The notes beneath the pieces are model-generated. The model did no database searches, was not told the DNA's origin, and was given only the letters and a program-made list of their open reading frames with translations. The translations under genes were made by a program, and so were the position numbers. Below are positions 14,979 to 28,994 of a stretch of 64,000 nucleotides of DNA, one piece after another; position 1 is the stretch's first letter; each line of letters starts with the position of its first letter. Origin of the DNA: Eledone cirrhosa (taxonomy: Eukaryota); the NCBI GenBank assembly GCA_964016885.1, contig OZ024748.1, forward strand, positions 5,456,001-5,520,000. Direction: 5' to 3'.

Positions 14979-15309
14979 CATAATAATTATTACATTTGCC
15001 ATTTTATACATGGAATCGGAAATTCTCAGTTGTTATTGTTGGTGTTGCATTCTTGTAAAAAAATATTCATAAAAACGTAAAGAGAGGAACAAATGGAGGA
15101 TTTAATGAGATTGTAATTGCCAAAATAATAGAGAAATTAATACAGTGGCAACTATTCTTTCAGTGAATGAATGATGGACCCCAAAACTAATAGATCCAGC
15201 CATCCCACACACTAAGTTATTAAACAAAACAAATATTTAAATAAATCAAGAACTCAAATAATTAAACGTATGGACAACTATGAAGTCATGTTGAGAAGCC
15301 CCATCGCTT

Positions 15310-15402
15310 TCTCAGTATGGGGCTGAGAATCACGTTCGTGAGTTCGGTTCCTAAGCCAGGTAGCACGTTGTGCCCTTGATAGAGTCACTTCATTTCACAT
15401 TG
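15310..15402 (+). mobile_element. Degraded CORE-type SINE
   Basis: GTGAGTTCGGTTCC...GTTGTGCCCTTGATAGAGTCACTTCATTTCACATTG resembles the better-preserved copy at 28256. Confidence 0.6.
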
Positions 15403-16322
15403 TGGGCATAAGGACTAGCTGCCGTATCTGAGGGTTAGTCTTTACGGCGGATTTGCTTCTCGTAATCTCAGTCGCTTAACAGATTATAGAAACAGCTCAA
15501 GCCCCAGTATTCGTGCAACCCGAGCAAGCAAATGGGCCATTCTTCCGGTTTACGGCTACCTTCTTAAAAGCATTTCGCATTCCTCCATCTTTGCTGCTTA
15601 TTTTCCTTCCTAGCTCTAGTGTTAGAGGCTCGGTAAAGTATCATGGGATCTGTCCTTGAATCGGTTTACAATTTAAAGTAAATATAATAAAATAAAAGGA
15701 TGACACTGGTGGCTAAGCCCCTCCAGTATTTTCCCAGGCAGAAGGAACCAAGGACCACACTGTCGTATCATTTTTTTTCTAAGACATTAGGAGTAATTCT
15801 TAGGAAATTTCGCTACATTTTACAGGAGCCACAACGTTGACTTTTTTTCGTCAAAGCTGAAGAGTACCCATCAAATATTGACAAAATAATTTTTATGAAA
15901 TAAATGCGTCAACCATCACAGCTTTATGTATGCTATGCCTCTTTAGCCCTCAGCCGGTCACCGTTAAAGGGAACTATGATCAAAAACGTTCCAGCCAATC
16001 ACAACCTATAATTCTATGTGGGGATCGCGAAATTTATTATACTTACATTATCAAAAAAATCCATCAGTTTCAAGAGTGTACTATGTAATATGAGGGGAAT
16101 TTAGTTATTATTTCTACCAGTTTTAGCGACCGCTCTGAATATCTAAATCTTCCCTTGGAGATTTGAATATTAATGTAATATGTCATCGAATAGAGATGTA
16201 ATAAAAAACACATTTGTATCTTTATTATTGCATGCGTGTACTGACAGCTATATAAACATACACTGTTCACCGTATACACATTAATAGCTCAGGCATATAC
16301 GAACATATATACAGACACACAA

Positions 16323-16353
<31 letters not shown>

Positions 16354-16403
16354 TATATATATATATATATGTCTATTTAAATAAATAAATATATATATAT
16401 ATT

Positions 16404-16439
<36 letters not shown>

Positions 16440-17611
16440 TATAAATAAATACATATACATACATATACATACATACAAACATATACATAGATTCATACAT
16501 ACATATATGCATATATACATATATATATATATATATACGTATAAACACATATACATCCACACATATTATCTGTATAGAAACATGCATTTATCATCATACG
16601 GGCTTGTGAATACGATGATTCCATGTAATTTACAAACGACAAAAATGCTTTGCTGTTTTTTCACGAGATTCAAGTCAAGAACGAGAACTGCGCCGTGTAA
16701 ATGAATGCAATATTTTCCCGCTTCTTAATGAATAGATAGAAACCAATTAGATATGTATTTGCCCGTGAACTAATTCCTAAATTGATTTTCCTATGGCGAT
16801 TTAATTCCACCGGCTTCGCCAAATCCCTTTTTCTTAGATAATACAACCCCAATAGGGGTTTTGCAGCTATTTTATATATCTATATATATATTTATTTATT
16901 TAGAGTTGTTCTTTATTTCTAGATTTCCAAGATTTCCAAGAATCTATTTAATCGCTTTTCCAAGGGACGCCATATTTGTTTATCTTTTTTATTTATATAT
17001 TTTACACTTTATACTTTATACTTTCGATTCATTTACTTTGTATGTTTTTGTTATTGATATTCGCCATATATTTGTAGTTGTTGTTTTTGTTGTTATTTTT
17101 TTTGTTTTTGTAGTTGTTGTTTTTGTATTTGGAGTTATAGTTGTTGTTATTTTAGTTGTTTTTCTTATAGTTGTTATTGTTCTTGTAGTTGTATTTCTCT
17201 GTTTGTTTGTTTTATTGTTTTTTAATTTGCAAGCAGTATGGAAAAATGTTTTCTGTAAAATATTAAACTGGAAGTAATATCCGACGATGGCGCCCATGTC
17301 ATCCATTTTCGTTCACAGTGAGAAGAACAGAAGAGAGAAACAGATATAAAACGATAGCGGGAGGGGGTGAGAGAGAGAAGAGTATTAAGAGTGAAACAGA
17401 GATAGAGAGAGGGAGAGAAGAGTGGGTCGATTAAGAGAAAGATTTTTTGCCAGGAAAATATAGAGGGAGTGATGAAAACAGTGTGGAAGAGCATGGAAAG
17501 GAATGTACTGGGAGGTAAATAATACATACAGACCTACAAGCAAACATCAACACTTATGTATATATATATTAAAAAAAAAAATTCGTTCATAACTTTTATA
17601 AATATATTTAT

Positions 17612-17649
17612 GGAAACGGCACGAGCTCAGTCGTTGGGTTTCAACTCGG

Positions 17650-17650
<1 letters not shown>
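17612..17650 (+). mobile_element. Fragment of family A insert
   Basis: GAAACGGCACGAGCTCAGTCGTTGGGTTTCAACTCG aligns with GAAACGGCTTGAGCTCAGCCGTCGGGGTCCTACTCG (24805-24840); abuts (TA)n. Confidence 0.65.
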
Positions 17651-17706
<56 letters not shown>

Positions 17707-18659
17707 AGATGTATTAAACTTAAGCAAAAATATCATTTTGTGGTGTTATAAGTCAAGTCTGCTAAAATATGTTAGTTGTAACTTATATAAAGTCCCAAGC
17801 ATTGTTTCTGAAACTGAAGCTACAGCAGATAGAATTCAAAGACACTGGACTAACGAATATTGGAGGAATTTATATTTCTTCATCGGGAGGGGAATTCTTC
17901 ATAAGAATAAGGGTACAGGTTGAACATATAACATACTTACTTTTTCACTGTTAGAATTTATGGTAAACAAGTTATTGTATCATTGAATTACTAATAGATT
18001 TAACCTATTTCACTGAAGTGCTAATTTTAGAGATGTTACTGAGTTCATCTAACCTAAAGAGGGAAAATTAACTTTGTTTCGAGATAATAACTTTGAAAGG
18101 CATTCGTTCGTCTTTCCGTTTGACCAATACTTGGTGATTTTTTCTGTCATGAGGAAGGTGAGAGATACTTCCTCCCTCTGGTTTCAACTAAAGTAATAAC
18201 ACTTATGAAGTGTAAGTATATACACGTACATACATATATGTATACATACGTACAGTAGTATGTATATATATATATACATACATGCACACATATATATATG
18301 TCCGTATGGATTCACCGAACATTTATTATAATGCTCGGTATGTTTGTAAACAAACATCCCGTATTAAGCCGTAGTTTTCTAGCAACCATATATATATATA
18401 TATATATGGAATCATTAGAACATCTGTCTCTATATTTTACTTTCTATGCGTTGGATTTGAAGGGAGGTCACAAACTTAAGGACGGGCAAGATAGTTAAGT
18501 TAGGGTTTCGTTGAGTAGTTTTGGAAATCTCTGATAATGATGATGATCATGATAATGAAGATCAGGAGGAGGTAGAGAAGAAGGATGGTGCCGAGGTGAT
18601 GTTTAAGATCATTTTAAGGTTGATCATGAGGAATATGTAGATGATGATGATGATGCTGT

Positions 18660-18697
<38 letters not shown>

Positions 18698-19063
18698 GCA
18701 ATGATACTGAGGTTATTTGAAGAAGAAGAAGAAGAAGAAGAAGAAGAAGAAGAAGAAGAAGAAGAAGAAGAAGAGGGGGAGAAGTGTAAAGAAAAGAATC
18801 AACTTCCGGTTTAGTAATTCCTCAATTCTACAACTCCAAACTATAACAATCCTAACCAAATATTTTTATCCTTATTCTTAGAATTCATTCTTTTCCTTGT
18901 TTTGACTTTTATAAATTCCTTATTGTCCAATTTTATTTTGTTGTTATTTAATTTTTGTATTTTAATTTGTTTCTTTATACAATATTATTTTTGTTTTGTT
19001 TGGAAGATAATCGGATCTTAACAACAGGGTGGCCTAATGAACGGAACTTCATTTATATTATGC

Positions 19064-19147
<84 letters not shown>

Positions 19148-19244
19148 CATACATATTTATATGTCTTTCTCTCCTTTTCAATGTCGCTTTTCATTTCTCT
19201 CTCTCTATATATATTTGTAGTATGAATGTATGTATATATTTATA

Positions 19245-19287
<43 letters not shown>

Positions 19288-20626
19288 GCATATATATATA
19301 TATATATATAATGTAGTTATTGGAGTGCTTGAATTGTCTCTGTTTTTTTTAGTTTTTTTTTTTTCCTGTTACTCTATTTTCTTTATATTTTTCTTCTCCT
19401 TCATCTCGTGTCTATTATTTCGGGGTAGAGATGCCTGAAGAGTAGCTTAAAGACATCATTTTTGGTAGAATTCAGAAACTCAGTGAAAAATTAAATATGG
19501 TGAAAACCGTTCCACAATGATAAATGATTTTCTTTCTTCCCTTTTTTTAAAATTTATTTTCATATCACCTAGAGAATTCAATTATTGTTGGGAAAAATCT
19601 GCTTATGTAAAATATAAAACAACACACATAGTAAAATATATAAATATACACACTCACCCACATTCTCACGGATATACATAACCACTTGCACACATTAATA
19701 TTAGCATATACACACTCGCAGTCACATATAGTTGCACCATCTAAATACACAAACACACATGAAACCAAATAAAGGATACAAAACTATGGTCTCTGTTTGT
19801 CCGTGCTTCAGTATATGGATGTATGCATTATGTATGGTTGTATGATGGATACATGGATTTATATATGTATATAAGCATGGGTATGAATGTATGTATTGTT
19901 AGGTGTATATGTGTATATATATATATCCATTTACGATTCTGAAAGGAATAGACGTATAAACTATGGAATTAAATAGAAGCCGTAATCTGTTATAGATACA
20001 TCATAAGGTTTAGCCAGAGTGTGGATTCTTGTAGTTTTATCTAGTATTTCTTTCTTGAGCCTGTTTTAGAAGTCCTTTTACTAAATTCTTCCTAGAGTAC
20101 GATCTCTTATTAACTTAACGTATTTGATACCAAACCGCAAGTAAACACCCGATACATATTACAGAATTTTTAATTATATAGCGACCTCCCAAATAGTTTC
20201 CTCGCTCATAAGGCTTGAGTTGACCCGAATCTGAGGTGAGTGGCACTTGCATAAGATGGCACGTGGTGGTATCGAACCCAGAATCTAACGATTGTGGATA
20301 GTCAATCGCATATTTTAAGAACCACATTCATACGACAAGTGTAGTATTGAACATATGGTCGCTTGTGACTAAGAAAAAAATGCGTTCATTATTAAAATTG
20401 CTGCTGTTGTCAGGAAAAAACAAACAGATAAAAACATAAAGTCAGCTCTCTGTCCCCTATTGAAAATTAATAATATATATAGATAGTGAGGCAATGTTGT
20501 TTTAACGAAGCATCCAAGTTAATGAAAAATCAACTGGCGCCCTAAGAATGCAACAATTTAGAGAAACAAACGCAATAACGACATTAATTGTAACGAAAAC
20601 AACAATAAAAGAATAAATAATAATTA

Positions 20627-20825
20627 TAGTTTCTACTTTAGGAACAAGGCCAGCAATCTTTGAAGGAGGAGAAGTCAATTAAATCGACCCCTGTGCATTA
20701 CTGGTGCTTTATTTTATCAACGTAAGGATGAAAGGCAAAGCTAACCTCGGCAGGATTTCAACTCAGAACGTAAAGGGACGTAACTATATGCCGCAAAGAA
20801 TCTGGTCCAACGTTCTACCGATACT
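20627..20825 (-). mobile_element. SINE S1, long-tail subtype
   Basis: S1 domains plus the GGGGTCGATTTAATTGACTTCTCCTCC segment before the tail. Confidence 0.9.
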
Positions 20826-22064
20826 AATAATAAGGAGAACTCTTGCGAGTGACTAAGAAGATCTGAGCTCAAAACAACAACGGAAACACTAATTTTGTCC
20901 GCTCAACAGCAAGCCGTCAGAACCAACTTGATAAAAAGTAAAATAGATAACTGTAGAGTCACCTATATGTAGACTTTGTGGTGAATGGTAAGGGATTGTG
21001 ACTTATCCCATTAAGTAATGACCCAAATTAGCGAAAGAGACGATTAATTTGCTAAGATTATCCAATGGAATAAATACTTACCACCTCTGAACAAATATAT
21101 TTGACTAATTCCATGACTTTCAATGTGGAAACTGGAATATATTTGCAATGTTAGCAACTTTTTACTGACATATAGATAGATGCTCATACACACACATGCT
21201 CCAAGTAATGAATACATATACAACACGCACATGGACATACTTCATCACATATATACACATACATAGACTCTCGTGCACACATACATATTTTGACATGCAT
21301 TTTTACACATACATAACACACACAAACAGACAGATATGCATTTAACACGCATATTCACACAAACAGACAAATATGCATTTAACACACACATTCACATAAA
21401 CAGACAAATATGCATTTAACACACATACTCATACACACACAATGACTCCCTCTACACACACTCACACACACAATGACTCCCCCTACACACATACTAACGC
21501 ACAAATATGTATCTCCACATACACTTATACACAACACGTTCTACACCACCACAGAACATTATACACAACCACAGCTAGACGACCAAGTTAATCCTATAAA
21601 TCCTTTATAAATCTGGGTAAAGCCAGTCAACACTATATCTCGCTAAACCATAAACGTGTTGGAAGTGACGGAAAGGGGTTATCAACCTTCAACTGGTTTT
21701 CGTCTCCACTTAAAATCACATTCTTTGCTCGGCCAGCAAACCAATATGACTTTCGCTTAAACAGCTCCAGCAATGGCGGCTGTGTGATTTCAACAAGACA
21801 AATCACCCACCAGTGTGATAACGATTACCTAAATGATAGAAATTTGCTGGAGCGGAAAACTAAAGAAATCTTCTTCTCTTAAATCAATAAGAGAGATACA
21901 TTTCTTCCTCCTGCTTCCACTCCTAGCCTAGATCTTCTACTTCCTCTTCCTCATCTTCTTCTTCCCTTTCCTCTTCCTAAGCAGGCTCTTCCTCCTTCTA
22001 CTCCTCATTATCCTCATACAGGGCTTCCTCTTCCTATACTCAGTTTCCTCCATCTTCTTCATAC

Positions 22065-22096
22065 TGCTGCTGCTACTACTACGGCTGCTGCTGCTG

Positions 22097-22150
<54 letters not shown>

Positions 22151-22278
22151 TTACTACTATTACTACTACTACTACTACTATTACTGCTGCTGCAGCTACC
22201 GCCACCACTACTACTACTACTGCTGCTACTGCTACTACTACTACAACTACGATTACTACTACTAGTACTACTACTAGA

Positions 22279-22340
<62 letters not shown>
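22065..22340. repeat. (TAC/TGC)n microsatellite
   Basis: Direct inspection; an oppositely oriented (TAG)n tract follows at about 22430-22535. Confidence 0.95.
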
Positions 22341-22493
22341 ATATTGTTATTATTTATTATTAGTATAGTAATGGCGGTACTAGTAGTAACTAGTTTTATT
22401 GGCAATATTATTAATAGTGTGATATTAGTAATGGTAGTAGTAGTAGTGGTATAGGTAGTAGTGGTAGTATTAGTGGTGGTGGTGGTGGTAGTG

Positions 22494-22535
<42 letters not shown>

Positions 22536-22996
22536 CCATTTCTCCACGTCTTTTTATGTTTCCTCCACAATTTCTTTATTACAGTTTTTCTTAAACACTT
22601 TTTTTCTTATTTATTTCCTACCAACTTTTCTTTCCTCTATTTCATAAAAATTTCTCTTCACAATATAAGTCTTCCATGAACCATTCTGTCTGACTGGTTT
22701 TATATATCTCGTCTTCATAGCATCCCCCACTCTCTCTCTCTCTCTCTCTGTTTATCCCTCTGTGCATATATATATATACACACACATATATATATATACA
22801 TATATATATATGCATATATATATATACACATATATATATATATACATATCTATATGTATATACACATATATATATATACATATGTATATATATATATATA
22901 TATGTGTATATATATATATATGTGTATATATATATGTGTATATATATATGTGTATATATATATGTGTATATATATATGTGTATATATATATATATA

Positions 22997-23067
<71 letters not shown>

Positions 23068-23092
23068 ATATATATGTATATATCTGTCTGTG

Positions 23093-23180
<88 letters not shown>

Positions 23181-23706
23181 GTGATGGAGAGAGATGGAGA
23201 ATGCGTAAGAAGGAATTCAATATAGGTACTTAGGTTTGGATTTGGATTCATTTTAAGAAATCATGTATTCGCGGTATGTAAATAAAGTTAAATTAGATAA
23301 TCTAATACAAGATGTTAGTTGGATTTTTAAGGAATTAATAGTTATTGTTTTGTACATAAGACTTCCTGTAATGGAGAATACGTGACATTATCGATAAGTA
23401 GTATTAAACTACGACTTCCTTCAAAATACCATTAATACTATAATAACTGAAATCTCATACAATGTGTTTACGGATATAAATACACGAGATTCTCACTATG
23501 AATATTTTAAGCTGTGGTTTTGTATCAGAGATCTCTGAAATGAGAATAAGTTAAAGCCTATTATGGTTTTCGTGCATGAAACATCGACCGAAGGTACTCA
23601 TACGCGTATAACGCAAAGGTGCATGGTTATGATTAATCAATAGTGGTACTAATATAGCGTGGTACATAATAGGGAAAGGTTTTCAGTGTTAAAGAATCTC
23701 AAGTCT

Positions 23707-23878
23707 GTTGATTTGCAATATGGGTAGAGCGTCGGAAAACATGCTTTGCTGGATAGAGTTAAGAACTTTTACGTTCTGAGTTCAATACCCACCGAGGTTA
23801 GTTCTGCCTTTCATCATTACGGGGCCGATAAAAGGAAGTACCAGTAACGCACTGGTGTCGATTTAATCGACTAATCAG
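23707..23878 (+). mobile_element. SINE S1, diverged
   Basis: GAGTTCAATACCC B box; GCCTTTCATCATTACGGGGCCGATAAAAGGAAGTACCAG. Confidence 0.85.
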
Positions 23879-24232
23879 AAACCATTATTGAAGTATTTTA
23901 TAAGAGAATGAAAACATAACTTATTTCCGACTGGAATTTTCATATATCTAATGTAAATTATTAACCTATTATTTACTTTATTTCACTCTGATGATCTACA
24001 GTTTCTTTCCTTTTTTAACTAGTGAAACGTACGTATTTAATTAAATGTTTTAATAATAATAGCCCTTGACAGATTATTTATTTGTTTCACATTTTTGCGC
24101 TGTGAAATGACAAATCTACTGAAATTGATAATCACCCGTTGGATTAAAATTTGGACAGTTTATTAGCCTTCATGTGGAGTATAAAATCACAATGAACATA
24201 TTCTAACACACACACACATTCACACACACGCG

Positions 24233-24338
<106 letters not shown>

Positions 24339-24340
24339 GA

Positions 24341-24377
<37 letters not shown>

Positions 24378-24382
24378 ACACC

Positions 24383-24420
<38 letters not shown>

Positions 24421-24625
24421 GGAAAAGAGTCAGAACACCGACGGCAGAGCTCAATCCGTTTCGACAGCTATTTCTGGACTATTTCAGTCCAGAAATAGCT
24501 GTCGAAACGGGTTGAGCTCTGCCGTCGAGGTTCTGACTCTTTTCCTATTACCCACTCTACTACCCAAGGTATCGAGTATTCTGGTGCATTATGGTCCACC
24601 TGGTTCCTTACCACACATCCTTCAT
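24421..24625 (+). mobile_element. Family A fold-back element (PLE-like terminus): 125-bp palindrome plus 80-bp tail
   Basis: 60-bp arms 24421-24480 and 24486-24545 with 3 mismatches; contains the hammerhead 3' half GAAAC...GTC; flanked by (TA)n; tail shared with the other family A copies. Confidence 0.85.
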
Positions 24626-24652
24626 TATATATATACATATATATGTATATAT

Positions 24653-24844
24653 AACGAAGGAAATGTGGTAAGGAACCAGATGGACCATAACGCACCAAAG
24701 TACTCAATACTAGGGTAGTAGAGTGGGTAATAGGAACGAGTAGGACCCCGACGGCTGAGCTCAAGCCGTTTCGACGGCTAATTCTAGACTCAGAATTAGT
24801 CGTCGAAACGGCTTGAGCTCAGCCGTCGGGGTCCTACTCGTTCC
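24653..24844 (-). mobile_element. Family A fold-back element, second copy, tail-to-tail with the first
   Basis: Tail 24653-24732 is a diverged reverse complement of 24546-24625; palindrome 24733-24844 has 53-bp arms with 1 mismatch. Confidence 0.85.
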
Positions 24845-24870
24845 TATATATATATATATATATATATATT

Positions 24871-25085
24871 TATTTATTAAAATAACTGATTAAAGTTTAA
24901 GCAAAGAATCGCTGCTTTCACCCTTTCAGAAGATCCCGTTAAGGGTGAAAGCAGCGATTCTTTGCTTAAACTTGAATCTGTTATTTTAATAAATATTTGC
25001 TCTACGGTTCTTATATATTTGATATATATTTATCCTTATCGAGCCCTCTTTGGATTTTAGTCTTCAAATTTATTATTATTATTAC
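24871..25085 (+). mobile_element. Family D fold-back element with degraded hammerhead core
   Basis: Arms 24871-24925 and 24941-24995; centre reads CAGAAGA-T-CCC-GTTAA-GGG-T-GAAAGC (CUGAAGA with one substitution); AATAAA downstream; (TA)n on both sides. Confidence 0.75.
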
Positions 25086-25103
25086 TAAATATATATATAT
25101 ATA

Positions 25104-25173
<70 letters not shown>

Positions 25174-26911
25174 TGTATAATGTCATTGCTGCTTCCAATT
25201 TTCTTGTATGGAGAGTGAATTAATTTTATTATTCATTTTATTGTCATTTATATTTAAACCCATCTCTATTTCAGTGATCAGATTCATAAAAGAAAAATTA
25301 TAAAATTTTAAATGTTCCATGCATTTTGGTTTTATTGACCTTCTTAAGTGCAATGTGGATCGTATCTATTAAGTTTAATGTCCCTTCAAATATCCACCTT
25401 AGTTTGTCTTTTATATGATTTGGTTTTACATAGGAGGAGCTAGCATGCTTCCATCCTACTTGATTTAAGAAACAATACTTCGCTTCGCTTATCTCATTAT
25501 TTAAGTATCCATTACCTTCATCTATTTTAATTATAATTACATGTTTAATTTTCTTTAATATTTAAAGCTGACGTCCATTATATACAACTGTAGTTTCATC
25601 AATTTTTAATAATCTAAGAAAATATTTAAGTAAATAAATCTTGTAAGATTATAATGTCAAGTTACATTTCTTAATTCTGACTAAATATGGTAATTATATA
25701 TTTAAATAATTGAATCTAGAATATATTTCAGATTGGTATTTGCAGCCTCAACAACACTTGTCAGATCACTCAAAGTAGTTATTTAACTTTTCTAAATCGT
25801 CTATTCGTCTATCAATCTGATGGCATACATATCTGTTAGACACGCAGTGACTAACAACAGAATGTTTTAAGTCTGCATGTCTGTGACATATATGTGTAGC
25901 TTGTGAATAAAAAATTCAAGGGGTTTCGCTGGCCGTGGTGATCCCTGCCAAACATCTTTTGTAATGTATCATCTTATTGGCCAATTTCATCGTCTTATTG
26001 GCTAATCAACCTATACCTATGAGAGTAACTGTTGCTCAAAAGCATCTGTCACTTTGTTTGAACGTTTATTTATCGTTTCGCTTTCGAATCTTCCTCCTGT
26101 ATTTCGTCTTTTATCATCAAAATATTTGTCTCATTTTGGTAAGTTATATTGTTAATTTATATATGAATTTTGAGATTTATATTAACTATTTTTTTTTCAG
26201 TTCGTTATAACATGCTTATAATATTGGTTGTATCATATTTACTTGTATATTTGTCCATATTATTGTTCGTTTTATGTTAGATTATTTTATTATTATTATG
26301 TTAGATTATTTTTTATTATTATGTTACTATTTGTATGTAATATTTAATTTTTATTAATTCAACTATGACAATTATGTAAAATATATTTATTTAATATTGA
26401 TTGTTTTTTGCAGTTGTTTATATTAAAAGTCTGAAAATATTTTTATACAATAATATTTATAAGATCATTTATAAAATAACAATTATATAATTTAATTACA
26501 TTACAACGATAATTTATTATTAATATATATCATGTTTAACTAGAGTTATTACAAGCTTTGCCTTAAAAAAATATCAAACTAGAGCTGAAAAATACGCAAG
26601 CTCAAAAGAGCCACAGAATGTTATAATAAACCTTCAAAAGTGTGGGACTAGAGTTGTTGCTCAAAAATATTGTAATCATTATCTATCGTACACTCTGTGA
26701 CATCCTTTTATATAAAAGAGACTCATAACGAACTTAAGACGACACGATAATTATATAAGTGAATTTATAATATAGAATTCGGTTTAAGTGCATTTCGTAT
26801 TAATCATTACTAAACATCTAATATGAGATATTGAACATTAGCTTATATAATTATCGTGTCGTCTTGAGTTCGTTATGAGTCTCTTTATATATATATAAGT
26901 CTGTGTGTGTG

Positions 26912-27005
<94 letters not shown>

Positions 27006-27035
27006 TGTGTGTATATAGAATAAGGAAAATTCGAA

Positions 27036-27135
27036 GTCTTGCTCAACGAGAGAATGCATCGCCCGTTCCGTGAATCGAAGTGACAATCTAATGATTGCCA
27101 GTCCAATCCTTTAACCACTAAGTCACGTCCCTTTA
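27036..27135 (-). mobile_element. Degraded CORE-type SINE
   Basis: Reverse complement reads GTGACTTAGTGGTTAAAGG...TTCGATTCAC...TTGAGCAAGAC, homologous to 28256-28400. Confidence 0.65.
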
Positions 27136-27498
27136 CACATGCCATACACCCAAACACGCACACACGCGCGCACACACACACACACATATATATATATACA
27201 TATATATATACACTAGATATAAATGTGTGTTTGCCTCAGTGTGTGTATGTCTGTGTGTATGTGTGTGTGTTTGTGTAGGTAGCTGTGCAAATATATGTCC
27301 ACATCTATCTGTGAGTACAGTAGTTAGAGTGACTACAATAATAGCATGGTTGATGTTTATGGCCAGCCCTACTATGATAAATGAGTCAAGTCATTAAAGA
27401 ATCTGTTTCGCATGTTTCAAAAGGAAGCCGAATATTCTTTGATATTTACAGTGATGACAACTGATTCCACCTACACCTGTCTGTCTCACCTCTCCCTC

Positions 27499-27549
<51 letters not shown>

Positions 27550-27819
27550 TTCTCTCTTTCTCAGTCTGTCTGTCACTCTCTTTCTCTCTTGCTCCTCTCT
27601 CTCTCTCTCTCTGTCTCGTTTTCACTCTCTCTGGCTCCCTCTCCTTCTCTCTCTCCCTCTCTCTGTCTCTCTGTCTCACTGCATCTCTGACTATCAGTCA
27701 CTCTGTCGAATTATCAACGTTCCTTTATTTTATTTACCTTTTTTAGAACCTCTTTAAACATTCTAACAGAATAAATCTCAGTCATTAGTGTGTTGGTTTA
27801 AAATATCCCGGTATTATAT

Positions 27820-28006
27820 TGGATTGGCAGTATTGTTAGAGTGTCGGATGCCATGTTTTGGCACATAGAGTTACTGCCCTTGCCATTCTTGAGTTCAAAT
27901 CCCGCCGAGGTTAACTTTGCCTTTCATCCTTACGGGGTCGATAACATAAAGTACCAGTAATGAACTGGATAATTGCTGACCCTGTGCCAAAAGTAGAAAT
28001 AATTAT
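27820..28006 (+). mobile_element. SINE S1
   Basis: Full S1 head, centre and tail. Confidence 0.93.
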
Positions 28007-28255
28007 ATCAACTCTTTAATTTCTTCATTCAAATCCGTCACAGTCAAATTTTGAATAATATGGTCACTTCTAGTCTCATCTTCTCTAAAACATTTCTCTC
28101 TCTCTCTCTGTCTGTCTATCTCCCTTTTTCTCGTAGATATCGACTGTATATCTATTCCGACATGATTAAAATGCTCATGTCATGTGGCCTATTAGGGATA
28201 CACCCTTACGATTCCACCAGGAGTTACGGGCTCTTTGCTTTATCCATATATTGTG

Positions 28256-28400
28256 AAGGCGCATGGCTTAGTGGTTAGAGCATTGGGCTTAAAATCGAAA
28301 GGTTGTGAGTTCAATTCTCAGACCGGGTGATGTGTTGTTTACTTGAGCAAGACACTTTATATCACGTTGCTCCAGTTTACTCAGCTGTAGAAATGAGATG
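28256..28400 (+). mobile_element. tRNA-derived CORE-type SINE
   Basis: A box TGGCTTAGTGG, B box GAGTTCAATTC, CORE-like TTGAGCAAGACACTTTATATCACGTTGCTCCAGTTTACTCAGCTGTAGAAATG. Confidence 0.8.
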
Positions 28401-28744
28401 ATAGGACTGGGGTCCCTATCATTAAATCACCCAAGACACCTCCAACGAGATATACCTTGGAGGAGGCCAGCTAAACCTGCATAGGTGTGAGCTGTCATAC
28501 ACATATATTGGTATTTGCTCTTTAGAGTTTCCGCGGAAATGCCTCTGTGGTTAAGAAGTTTGCTTCACAGCCATGTGCCTGTGATTTCAGTCCAGCATTG
28601 TGGCACTTCTACTGTAGCCTCGGGTTAAGGTTTGCCACACGAAATCATCAAATCAGCTTAATTTTTAAGCTCTTTGTTATAGCAATCGGCTGTGATAACA
28701 GTTATTTCTTGCATTCGAGAAATCAAATTTTAGTAGAATATATA

Positions 28745-28785
<41 letters not shown>

Positions 28786-28788
<3 letters not shown>

Positions 28789-28925
28789 ATCTATTTGTCT
28801 ATAAAACTGTTTATATTGTATTTTGTCTGAGGAAGGCATAGCATATTGTTAATATGATATCCCCGAAATATATATAATGAAATAAATATGGTTTTATAAA
28901 TATAGTTTCCATTTATTTAATATTG
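28786..28925 (+). mobile_element. Family I (TA)n-embedded insert with hammerhead
   Basis: Near-identical 140-bp copy at 57328-57465; HHR followed by AATAAA, then (TA)n. Confidence 0.85.
28819..28884 (+). ncRNA. Putative type-I hammerhead ribozyme
   Basis: Stem I TATTTTGT/ATGAAATA (2 G.U), core CTGAGGA, 14-bp imperfect stem II (...CATATT gtt AATATG...), GAAA, palindromic TATATA loop III, AUA triplet. Confidence 0.65.
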
Positions 28926-28961
28926 TATATATATATATATATATATTTATAAGTATATGTC

Positions 28962-28994
<33 letters not shown>

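Noticed and set aside
24421-25085. CRISPR array or bacterial REP/terminator elements
   Set aside because: The context is eukaryotic, with no regular repeat-spacer periodicity and no cas genes.
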